A stretch of 63,858 bases of DNA, counting the filler, from Choristocarpus tenellus KU-1152 (Eukaryota > Protista > Phaeophyceae): the NCBI GenBank assembly GCA_964200185.2. It is 12 parts of 12 records of this genome, joined end to end, with 100 filler letters (N's around TTAATTAATTAA, not from the genome) between each part and the next. Parts side by side here need not be neighbours in the genome. Positions count along the whole stretch, not along the records: positions 24,903 to 30,513 come from CAXNAD020010257.1; positions 30,614 to 33,448 come from CAXNAD020024328.1; positions 33,549 to 36,585 come from CAXNAD020022775.1; positions 36,686 to 41,087 come from CAXNAD020014714.1; 8 more parts are not named here. One strand, written 5' to 3'. The position numbers and the translations under genes were made by a program. Numbering within the stretch: position 1 is the stretch's first letter; every line of letters begins with the position of its first letter. This document shows, piece after piece, positions 27,570 to 38,516 of this stretch. The notes under the pieces are model-generated. The model saw nothing but the letters and a program-made list of their open reading frames with translations. It made no database searches and was not told the DNA's origin.

Positions 27570-29130
27570 TCAAGATCAGATGTAGCAGGGGCAATCATGC
27601 ACAGGTTTGCGCTTGACACTAGGCTGATAATAATGAATGAATTTCATGTGTTCTGACCAACAGCAGAGGCCATCAATTAAAGAAGCGTGGCTATATGGTC
27701 GAGCGCGTGTGTGTCGATTCGAACTTGTAACAACCCGAGCAGATAAACGTAACGTCTAACCGATAGAGTGATAGAAGAAGATTAAAGGAATTTACGCGCT
27801 GCCCCGGATTCGATGTTGGGAGAGTAATCACGCGCAGGTTTGCGCGTGACACTAGGATGATAATAATTAAATAGTTTCATGTGTTCTGACCAACGGCAAA
27901 GGCGATGAAATAAAGGAGCGCAGCTAGAAGGTCGAGGGTGTATGTGTCGATTTGAACTTGTAACAAGTCGAACATGTAAACATAACGTCTAACCGAGAAA
28001 GTGATAAAAGAAGATATAACGAATTTACGTGCTGACCCGGATTGGATGTTGGGAGAGGAATCACGCACGGGTTTGCGCTTCACACTAGTCAAGATAATAA
28101 GGAATGAATTTCAAGTGTTCTGACCAACAGCAGAGGCCATCAAATTCCGTAGCACGTCCAAAACGGTTCGGGGGTGTCTGTGTAGATTTGAACTTGTAAC
28201 AAACAGAGCAGATTTAAAAAAAGGTCTAACCGATGAAGTGATAAAAGAAGATTAAAGGAATTTATGTGTTGACCCGGATTGGATGTTAGGAGAGGAATCA
28301 CGCACGGGTGTTTGCGCTTCACACTAGTCAAGATAATAAGGAATGAATTTCAAGTGTTCTGACCAACGGCAGAGGCCATCAAATTCCGTAGCACGTCCAA
28401 AACGGTTCGGGGATGTCTGTGTAGATTTGAACTTGTAACAAACAGAGCAGATTAAAATAAAGGTCTAACCGATAAAGTGATAAAAGAGGATTAAAGGGAT
28501 TTACGTGCTGCCCCGGATTGGATGTTGGGAGAGGAATCACGCACGGGTGTTTGCGCTTCACACTAGTCAAGATAATAAGGAATGAATTTCAAGTGTTCTG
28601 ACTAACGGCAGAGGCCATCAAATTCCGTAGCACGTCTAAAACGGTTCAGGGGTGTCTGTGTCGATTTGAACTTGTAACAAACAGAGCAGATTAAAATAAA
28701 GGTCTAACCGATAAAGTGATAGATGAAGATTAAAGGGATTTACGTGCAGACCTGGATTGGATGTTGGGAGAGGAATCACGCACGGGTTTGCGCTTCACAC
28801 TAGGCTGATGAGAATGAATGAATTTCCTGTGTTCTGACCAACGGCAGAGGCCATCAAATTCCGTAGCACATTCTAAAGGGTTCGGGGGTATGTGTGTCGA
28901 TTTGAACTTGCAACAACCTGAGCAGATTAACATAACGTCGAACCGAGAGAGTGATAGATGAAGATGAAAGGAATTTGCTTGCTGAACCAGATAGATGTTG
29001 GCAGAGGAATCACGCGCGGGTTTTGCGATTGACACTATTATTGTAATAATGGATTAATTTAATGTGTTCTGACGAACGACAGAGGCTATCAAATTCCGTA
29101 GCACGTTCAAGACGGTTCGGGGGTGTGTAT
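27570..29130. repeat. Tandem array of ~6.5 units of 233-239 bp
   Basis: Anchor GTGTTCTGAC at 27648, 27881, 28115, 28354, 28593, 28829 and 29064. Central units are nearly identical; edge units are diverged. Confidence 0.95.
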
Positions 29131-29769
29131 TTATATTTCCGATTTGAACCTTATCGGAAATGTTCAAAAATTATCGGATCCCTTACATGCGTATATCGAA
29201 AGTGTTACCACGTCATCCTGGACGGACGGATGTCGTGGCGCGCGAAATTGTATCGTGGAATCTTCCTTCTATTTCGAACCAATATTGTCTGATTACTTTC
29301 CCATCGAAAGTGACAGCAAACACATGTTCCAAATATCGAAAAAGGTTCGGTCAAATTCGCTGTAGTGGCCCTTTCGTCTAGGAGCCTTTCGATTTATTCT
29401 ATGACTACATTTTCGATCCGAGAGATGAAATCTGTAAATTGCGGATTTGTATAAGTGTTGAAAATGTGGTGGGTTATTTATTTCTCTCGGGGCTAGGGTT
29501 GGTATCATGGGTGTGCTGGTCGTAATATGTTAGTGGTAGGGTTGCGTTCATTTTGTGTGACCGAATTCGAATGTTTTTTTGCTATCATCCTTATATTGCC
29601 CTCTTTAATTTATGGATATACGTGAATATGACCACATGACCAACACTCCTTTGCCAATATTGTACATCTGTAAAAAAGTTTTCGAGCAAAAAATGAATAA
29701 AGTACTTCATAAGCTGTGTCTAGTGGATCCCCAAAAGGACAGACAGGGAAAACTGGTGCCCTGTAACAT

Positions 29770-30513
29770 TGAGCATCGAATCTACAAATGCTGGAATCCC
29801 CACCGTGAAAGGGTCGAATGTACACGCTTTGGAGCACACAAATAAGCACAGGGCATGGAATATATTAAATGGTGATATCGCCACTGTGGAGACGTGGTGG
29901 TGTGTACACCATTGGGATCACACAAACAATTACCGTTTTCTTCTCCGATCTATAAAGGGTGATATCACCACCACGGAGAGGTGGCTGGCACACGGTTTGG
30001 AGCACAAATGATTACAGGGCCCTGGGGCAATTGAATACAACCAAAGATGGTGATATTACCATCATCATGGACGGGTGGTGTATACCCGGATGATGTAACA
30101 ACAAATAATTATAGAGGAGATATCATCGAATCAAATAATGGTGGTATAACCACGATTATCGGGTGGTGTGTGAAGACGGTTGGGACCACATAAAATTTGA
30201 GCAAATGGAACGTAACATTGGGGATATCAACCACTGTTAAAGGTGGTGTGCACCCCTTCGAATAAACGCAAGTGACCACATGAATAACATCGATTTTTAA
30301 TAATGGTGATATCATCGCCGTTAATTGTGGTGTGTGTACACGGTTGGGAGCGCTAATAACTACTGAGCATCGAATGTAAAAACCTTGGTGTATTATCACC
30401 CACATGTACAGACGGTGTGCACCTCTTGGAATAAAGGCAAGTAGCCACATAACAACATCGAATTCAAAAATTGTGATATCACGACCGTGGACGGGTGGAG
30501 TAAGCACGGATGG
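29770..30513. repeat. Degenerate ~85-90-bp tandem repeats (GGTGATATCA...GGTGGTGTG)
   Basis: Motif recurs at ~29871, 29958, 30049, 30140, 30220, 30305, 30388 and 30473, running to the contig end. Confidence 0.75.
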
Positions 30514-30613
30514 NNNNNNNNNNNNNNNNNNNNNNNNNNNNNNNNNNNNNNNNNNNNTTAATTAATTAANNNNNNNNNNNNNNNNNNNNNNNNNNNNNNN
30601 NNNNNNNNNNNNN

Positions 30614-31718
30614 GGGGGGGGGGAGGGGGCATGATACTCAGCAGCCTGGCCTACCTAGTGCTGAAAGAAAAAACTGTTCACTTCGTCTGTGATTTTGCAC
30701 ACACACATACTACATGGTCACCCGAAAATCAAGCATTTGGTTGACAGGGTTACTAAACGCGGGACAAAAATCTCAACTTAGGTTGAATAGGAGGACACAG
30801 AGAGATCTTCATAACAGCTGTGACCCAACAAGAGGAGGAGTAGAGCGCCACCATCCCACCAACTTTGACAACTCCCTCACCTTTTTGTACATTTTGCGGA
30901 TCTCTGCTAGTGACACTTCTTTTTTCTTCTTCTGTCGCTTGATAGCTTCTTCGAGCTCATGCTGATAATATACCTTATCGTACAGCGTGCGTTCAACCAC
31001 ACTCTCGGTCGCATCGTTGAATGCTATAAGCGTGGTGATACAGTAGGCGAACGAGGCAAGGTGTAGGTTGGAAGCGGTTGCAGGACACACGCGACAGGCA
31101 GTAGTGAGCAACATGTTGCTGCTGACAGAAAGACCACGAGGGATAAAAAAGATCAACAACGAAAAGATCAACAACGGGCTGACTGACAATGAACCAAACA
31201 AAGGAAACACGACAACAACTTGGTAGATCAGAAGAGTCATCAGGCGATCATGGAACAACGACAACACTCCATCACCCACCGTTGGCAATTATCCTCTCTT
31301 CTGCTTGGTTGAACTCCATATAGACCCGCATCATGAAAGCGCGTTCGTGATCAAACTCTCTCTTCAACGCCGTTATTCTATGGTTTCCGTCCAGTGTTCA
31401 TCCTTGAATGGCAAGCGCAGTGTTGGCGGTGAGCTGGTCTCCATTGCCTAAGCAGCATCGTTGGATGACGACGGACGGAGCAAACTGCTTGAGTCAGCCT
31501 TTTTCACGGATGCACTTGCTGACACGCACAAGACCATGCTCGCTCAGGGGACGCACCATCTCCGTGCATGTGATGTTGCCGAGTTTCATCTTGTACATGC
31601 CGAGGTAGTGATGTTTGAGGAGCGAGGACATGCAACTGGCATTGCTGTCCGATGCTCTTGATCCGTGGGCAGTGCCATCGGCGCGTAGGGGGGTCGTGGT
31701 TGAGCGAATGTTGGACAT
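30614..31718 (-). pseudogene. Spliced ParB/Sulfiredoxin-like (DGNHR) gene with two in-frame TGA codons, 3' partial
   Basis: Exons 31718-31280, 31023-30881 and 30654 to the contig end. Reads VRPLSEHGLVRVSKCIREKG*LKQFAPSVVI...QG*TLDGNHRITALK...FMMRVYMEFNQAEERIIAN/AFNDATESVVERTLYDK. TGA at 31496-31494 and 31400-31398. Confidence 0.75.
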
Positions 31719-31927
31719 GGCAAAGATTGGGAAGGTGTGACGGGGATAGATAAGAAAGAGCTGCTGGTGGTATGCGCGGAAGGGAAGGAATGGAAATGAG
31801 GAGTGAGGGCTGGGAGGTGCTGTTTTATTTCATCTGGTCGGTCAGTGCCCAAAGAACCCAGATTTCTCTTTCCGTTGATATTTTTGTTCTAAAAAATACG
31901 AATATCGAACAGTTAACGATTTCATAT

Positions 31928-32420
31928 TTAAAACAGATAGAGAGTATCAGTTTTTTGTGACCTTCTCATTTCGGAACATTTCAAACGTATTAGATCTGCG
32001 AAGTATATGGTTTGTATTTGTGTTTGTTGATATTAAGAATAGAATATTATTTTTATTTCATAAAAACCCTAATGCACGTGTTTTGCGGTTCAAGGGTTTT
32101 GGGTGGTCCGACGGATCGCCCGAAACTCAAAAACCGCTTTTTGTCGACATTCGTATTTTTAATAAGATTTTGTGCTTAAAACAATTAGAGGGTGTCAGTT
32201 TTTTGTGACCTTTTGGTTTCGGAACATTGGAAACGTACAATATCAATTAAGTATGTGCTTTGTATTTTAAAAAATTGCAATTACGAATATAATCGAATTC
32301 TTAATTTCTAAAAACCATAATGCACGTATTTTCCGGATCATGGATCTCAGGGTGGTCCGATGGATCACCCAAAGCTCAAACATCGTTCATACGCCCGGCT
32401 TGGAATTCAATTCTATCGTG
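31928..32420. repeat. Two diverged ~249-bp tandem units between the ParB-like gene and the transposase fragment
   Basis: TTAAAACA...TCAGTTTTTTGTGACCTT starts at ~31928 and ~32177. Related sequence occurs at ~41320-41400, ~41630-41655 and ~41825-41900. Confidence 0.8.
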
Positions 32421-32621
32421 CCCAAGACCGACTGTTGCCTTAGACCAGATTAGAATCTAGTTTTTATTTCATCACAGCGAGATTAAACGCGTTTTTCAGA
32501 ACACGGATATTATTTTGGTCCGACTGGTCTCTTCAAACTCAAACATTGTACGCCCAGCTTCGAATTCAATTCACTCCTAGACCTTCTCACTGCCCAAGAC
32601 CGCCTGTTACCCGAAATCATC

Positions 32622-33095
32622 GTGACAGTTGCTCCCACAGCAAGGGGGTGGCTTTTGTCGCCTGTGCCGCCCCCTGCGTTGCCCACTCATCAGCCCGCCA
32701 ACAATGATGCGCTGGAGCTTTTTACCAATGACGCTTCAGCGACCAGTGCCAAGCTTCACCGAGAATGGGCTCAACCCATCCCGGTCAACGAACAGAGTGA
32801 CTGCTGCAAGCGCTTAGCCTGTGTGAAGAAGTTCGCGGAAGATAGAGTCCTTCCTTGCCCGCACGTTGGCCAAAGAGCAGGACATCGTCTGGGCGTGTGA
32901 GAACTGCTGCGATTGCAAGCACTTCGTTGGTGACCGTGTACCTGTCATTAAGTTGGGGCCTGGAGGTCGATCTATGCTCGCGGCCGGCATTCTCGTTTGT
33001 ACGCAGTTTTTCAAGGCATCGTTTGGAATATCCAACGATGTCATCGACGCTTGCAAAGGTATACCTAACGCAAGACCATCCCCCAGTGTGGAGAG
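32622..33095 (+). pseudogene. Probable N-terminal region of a Sola-like DDE transposase, frameshifted
   Basis: CCKRLACVKKF, a frameshift near 32845, then Q..VW and LVCTQFFKASFGISNDVI. This resembles the Cys cluster and VCxxFFxxxxGIS motif of Sola-type transposases. Ends at the donor AG|GTGGGT. The catalytic region is not in the contig. Confidence 0.5.
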
Positions 33096-33577
33096 GTGGG
33101 TTTGATGTATGTACACAGTGTTATTTGTACCCAGTATTGTTTCGACGTGTGACAAACTTGTTGGGAACGGCAAAAAGATTCCTACCAAGGTCTTGACAGT
33201 TCTACGGTCTGCTATCGAGGCGAGGGAAAGGGGGGGGTTTGTGGGAAAAGGACAGAAGACTAAATTCAAGGGACGAGGAGAAAAGAGGACGGGGGAGAAT
33301 GGGGACGAAAAGGAGGATAACACCGACGACGACAAGGAGGAGGACGAGGAGGAGGATAAAGAGGAGGAGGAGGACAAGGAGCAGCAGAAGGAGGACGAGG
33401 ACGACGAGGACGATGAAGATAAGGAGAACCTCGGTACGGGAGAGAGATNNNNNNNNNNNNNNNNNNNNNNNNNNNNNNNNNNNNNNNNNNNNTTAATTAA
33501 TTAANNNNNNNNNNNNNNNNNNNNNNNNNNNNNNNNNNNNNNNNNNNNGGGGGGTTTTGTTTTTTATGGTTTGGGGT

Positions 33578-33609
<32 letters not shown>

Positions 33610-34389
33610 GTTATGTGGGTTGTGCAGTCTATCCCATGCATGTATATTGTATATGGTTTTAGGAACATATTGGTCAATGCCCAAACATTACGTTTTCAGG
33701 CCTAGACTTCAATTGGAGGTAGGGATGGGGGGGGGCTTGCTAGTGTGGGAAATTCACACGCTCTTTCCAATCGCTTTCCTTTAGGGGAGGAAGAAGCTTC
33801 CCTAACTGAGTAATTGGTCCCATTGCATCTCAGGATTTAGAGAAGAGGGGTCAGGACAACCGTCTTTTGGGAAGGATCGGAATTCAGACACCATATTTAA
33901 AATGCTCAGGCCTCCTTTCAGTTTTGTTCAAGGCGTGGCCAAAGTTTGGGGGAAGTGAAAGAAATGTTGTGATGTTTTGTATGCCTGTACCTGTGTGTGT
34001 GTTATGTTGTATGTTATGTTATGTTGTGTTGTGTGTGTGTTGGTGTCTGTGTCTATCTTTGCCTTGTCCTTAAACCATTGGGAGCAACCCTAACCCTAAC
34101 CCTAAATTTCTAACGAACATTTTGGTTAATTCCATCCCCAGTCCTCATGTACGTACTCTCAGTGAATCGAGGTAGTCACACCTGTGAAGAAGTTATGTCA
34201 CACAACAAGCCGGACATGCTTTCGAGTGGCCTTGGGGTCAACAACAAGCCCAACTAAATGAATGTGCTGTCCAATTCCCTTTTCAAGTGATTGATGTATC
34301 TTTGCCTCCTCCTTTTTACATCCCCTACCGCTGTAGGTGGGACAAATCCCTCCAATGGCATGCACAAAGATGTCAAACCACGGTGTAGT

Positions 34390-34540
34390 GACCCAATGGC
34401 ATTTAAGAGGGTAGGGCCGCGTCCGTTGGGGGTCATAAATTTCGATGTTGCGATTTTGTTGAAATTTTGGCTGCCGCGTGTAGTGTGTTAGTGTCAATAT
34501 CCTTGCTCCGGGCATAACATTCACAGTCGTTTACATTTTA
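34390..34540. mobile_element. Diverged half copy of MITE family A, ending in TTAGGG repeats
   Basis: AAGAGGGTAGGGCCGCGTCCGTTGGGGG...ATCCTTG matches family A and runs into TTTAGGGTTAGGG. Confidence 0.65.
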
Positions 34541-34825
34541 GGGTTAGGGTTAAGTGTTCACACAGAAAAACCGAAAAAGGGTATTAAAAAACCCCTAACC
34601 CTAAGCCAAGTCCTGAACGGACCAACACAGCAAAACTCCTCCCCACTTAAATGCTTTGGATCAAGAGTGAATGGTACTGCACTGAACAATGGTACGATAC
34701 CCTCAACCTGTGTGTCATCTGACCATTGCGCACCGAAAAAGGTTTTACTTTAAGGTTCCGGTACGAGGGCGAACTCTGATTTTGTAGGGAAGGGAGCTGT
34801 GTACTTCGATTCTTATTGTGGGATA

Positions 34826-34985
34826 AGTACCACCTCCTCTCTCCCCTAAGTTCCACCTCCTCCCTCACCTTAGTACCACCTCCTCTCTCCCCTAAGTACC
34901 ACCTCCTCCCTCACCTTAGTACCACCTCCTCTCTCCTCTAAGTACCACCCACTTTCTCACCAAAGTACCACCTCCTCTCTCACCT
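34826..34985. repeat. Minisatellite, ~22-bp unit (AGTACCACCTCCTCTCTCCCCTA)
   Basis: About 7 tandem copies are visible. Confidence 0.9.
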
Positions 34986-35571
34986 CGTGTGAAGGATAGA
35001 AAAAAGAGCTCTATAGTTATTTTTCAGTAAGGGATACTGCGGAGAGTGAAGAGGAAAAAAACCCCACAAAAACAAGGTTACGGGCAACAAGAAATAAAAA
35101 AATAACATTTGAATCGAAGGTCATTGTGACTGTGAATCGAAAGTAGACAAGAGGTACCCAACAGAGTTTCATCGATTCTTGTTTGTTTGTCGGAAAGTTT
35201 CAAACTATGGAGAGATCGACCCTCTCGAGACAAACTTTGTGCTTCATCCCTAGAAAAAAATGTGAGTGAATTATATAGGATTGAAAAACTGGCTTAGATG
35301 GGATATGCGCCCAAAAACCGGATGCCTCTCGTTTGCTTTGGGTTTGTACACTGTAGTGTAAGAGGACACAAAACGACGCATACTCCCCTGTCTCATAAGT
35401 CTGTACCTTTATGCATGTACTTCTTCGGGATGACCTCCGATTTCAAAACGGATTTTTGCGTTGGATTCCTCGGAAAATTTTACGTAATATGAGTTATATC
35501 TGAAGAGTACACGAAGGTCTGGACCGCGTTGAAACATAGGCTACTCATCTTTTGTGTTTTGGAACATAATG

Positions 35572-35920
35572 CTCCCTCTGTCCCATAAGCCTGTTCCTTT
35601 ATGCATGTACCTCTTCAGGATGACCTCCGATTTCAAAATGTGTTTTGTATTGGATTCCTTGACATTTTTTTTTTCATTAGAATACCTTTCCTCACTTTCA
35701 CTCAATGCCGTCAATCCACCAATTCAGGGCCTTCTTGTGGGCCTATGCCCGCCTAGCCTCTGTTCCACATTTTCAGAACAATTTCGGGATATATTTTTTG
35801 AAATATAAATCATCTTACGTAAAATTTTCCGAGGAATCTAACGCAAAAATCCGTTTTGAAATCGGAGGCCATCCCGAAGAGGTACATGCATAAAGGAATA
35901 GACCTACGGGATAGAGGGAA
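35572..35920. mobile_element. Stowaway-like MITE with ~90-bp inverted arms
   Basis: CTCCCTCTGTCCCATAAG...CCTACGGGATAGAGGGAA followed by TA. Partial copies at 35383-35500 and ~2590-2690. Confidence 0.8.
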
Positions 35921-36234
35921 TATATTTATGTACCTGCTTCAGAAGATTTCGAGCACACTGTTAGTAACAAGCTCGCCCGGGGGTACTTTTTGCTTTAGCA
36001 CATCAAATCATGTGTTGTTAGGCCCATTCCTACTGACAATAATTTCATTCCACAAAAAATCAATTTCATTTATTCCAATGTTTGATCTCCTAAGGAAAAG
36101 ACAATTGAAATATTGAAAAAATGGGAAATTTTGGAATATGCTTTTTGTTGGTAGGAACAGCCCTCTCAGCAAAAAAAAAATGACTTGTTTGAGCTGGGAG
36201 GGTGGTTGGGGATAATTTTTTTTTNNNNNNNNNN

Positions 36235-36276
<42 letters not shown>

Positions 36277-36384
36277 AATTTTTTTAGCTGGGAGGGTGGT
36301 TGGGGATAATTTTTTTTTTTTTTTACTTACACTGAAATCTCAAGTACATCGATTTTTTGCTAGTATTTATTACATACCAATGCT

Positions 36385-36422
<38 letters not shown>

Positions 36423-38256
36423 ACATAAATCAAGGCAGGCTTCATTTTGTTTGACTACTTACCCTCTCTGTCCGGCATGCCAGGTGTGTCTGGTACCAGG
36501 AGTATCAATCAATCACCCTCATGACCGACCTCCCCACACCCCCCACCCCCTCCCTAATCTCCACGACGATAACACTTTGCAGAAGNNNNNNNNNNNNNNN
36601 NNNNNNNNNNNNNNNNNNNNNNNNNNNNNTTAATTAATTAANNNNNNNNNNNNNNNNNNNNNNNNNNNNNNNNNNNNNNNNNNNNATTGATTGTTCCATT
36701 ACTCCATACATATTTTACCGTAACTGTCCGATAGAGTTGGAAGAGTCTAATCGAACAAAATGCACTTTCCAGGCCTATTGGAGGAGGGTAAACACAAAGG
36801 GTGCGTATGTGTCAGGAGCCCTCACGCCACATTCCTCGGCACAGACTACTTTTCACAATCAAGATCAAGAGGCTGGAACATATACGTTTCTAGAGTAGTC
36901 ATTCGGTTCTAACATTTCGGCTGGCAAGTCTCATGTCCACCCACGGAAAGGATAACAATAGCACATCATATCCCTCTGCATCATCTGTAGTGTACTGGAG
37001 CACGACCTACAGGGTAAAATGTACGTGTGTTATCTCTCGATCCGATAGTAGACAAACTGACACAACCGGGTGCAAAAACAGAGCGCACATCCCAGCTGCC
37101 AGGAATACCACCACTACCCCCCACATATCCCAGGAAGAAAATCTTCGTATGAGATTTGAGGTTCGGCAGAGAATGGGGGAAAGTGGGCAACCTATCTGTG
37201 CAGCAATCAACCAACGCAATGTGAAACGGGTTCATAGTTTTAATAATGGGAAAGAGTTCTTGAAGTTGAAGTTTTCCATGAGGTTTACCGTCACACAGCA
37301 GGTATTGGAGGTAGAGGAGAGATTTTTGAAATCCTTTCTATCAAATGTATTACGAAGAGTTAACATGGAATATGGAATAGGACCGAATATGCTTTGGTGA
37401 AATACTGGTACCGACCATATATCGGTCTATTTTTTCCACACATCTAAGGATTTGAACAGGAGGGTGCTGATGACTTGTTTGGCAACCTCCTTGCCTCTAA
37501 CAATTAACGTTTTGCCATCGTGTGTTGGTCGTACCGATCAAACACCATACACTCATCCCTCAACCCAACGGAAGACGGATCACTGAATGACATTTTTTTA
37601 ACCTGAAAGTGATCGCTCTGTGCACCATAACCAGGAGTTCCGTGGGACATGGATGAGTGCAAGGTCAGGTGCCCCAACATTCCATGTAGGTGTTGATCCT
37701 TCAATTCGTCCGTTAGAGATCAAATGTCAACCCAACACTCTCTCTGTACATAATTCACTTCATATACAACCAAACACAAAAACGCATAGATGAACACCCT
37801 ACAGACAAAAGAAGGCAACAGTCACGGAGACATTTCAGACCACCAGAGAGGAATTATCACTTGGAACTAGTGTGAGGCAGCACCATGCTGGGCCATGTCA
37901 TTTTAGAGGACTGGATTGCAAATGAATAAATGGATCGTTGTAGCTAACAGATCATGTAAACAAAGAATCCCTTGTTTACATTGATGGCTGCCTTTCAGAA
38001 AGGAAGAGGATGAGGTGGAGAGAAGCAATCTTGAGACAATTGCCACACCCTAGTCATGACTCTTGACAAATGTAGCATCATTTAATGTTAATTCACCGTG
38101 CCCTCTTCATCATTGGAACTGTTCTGGTAGAAAGTATGCTGCATCAAGTTGGACTTGAAATATAGAAAAGAAACATTGGTCATCCATTGAACATAATGTT
38201 GAATGTTCCAACAGCTAAAGCTTTGCTTGTATTACTGTTCAAGCCTGGGTCTATAA

Positions 38257-38516
38257 GAGTCAAAGTATCTCAGAGGGTAGGGCCGCGTCCATTTGGGGGC
38301 CAAAATCCAATGTTGCGATTTCCATGTAATTTTATCTGTCGTATTTGCTAGGAAGTGTCAGTATCCTTGTTCTGGACATACCATTTCGTAACATACACAT
38401 ATTACCTACTCCGAAAAATTTTGGAGTAGGCAAAATATCATTTTAAACCCCATGGGAAGCCAAGCCACAAATGGACTAACAGGGCAAAACTCGTACCCTC
38501 TAAGATACTTTCACTC
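38257..38516. mobile_element. MITE family A, copy 4
   Basis: Intact TIRs with a TAA TSD (38254-56, 38517-19). Confidence 0.9.

Noticed and set aside
27570-30513. CRISPR-like array
   Set aside because: Whole units are homologous, with no unique spacers or short invariant repeats, and no cas genes. The context is eukaryotic.
33109-33448. Acidic D/E-rich ORF
   Set aside because: Low-complexity GA-rich tract following a splice donor; coding status cannot be supported.
36933-37400. 155-aa ORF and overlapping minus-strand ORFs
   Set aside because: No recognisable motif or consistent splice structure.
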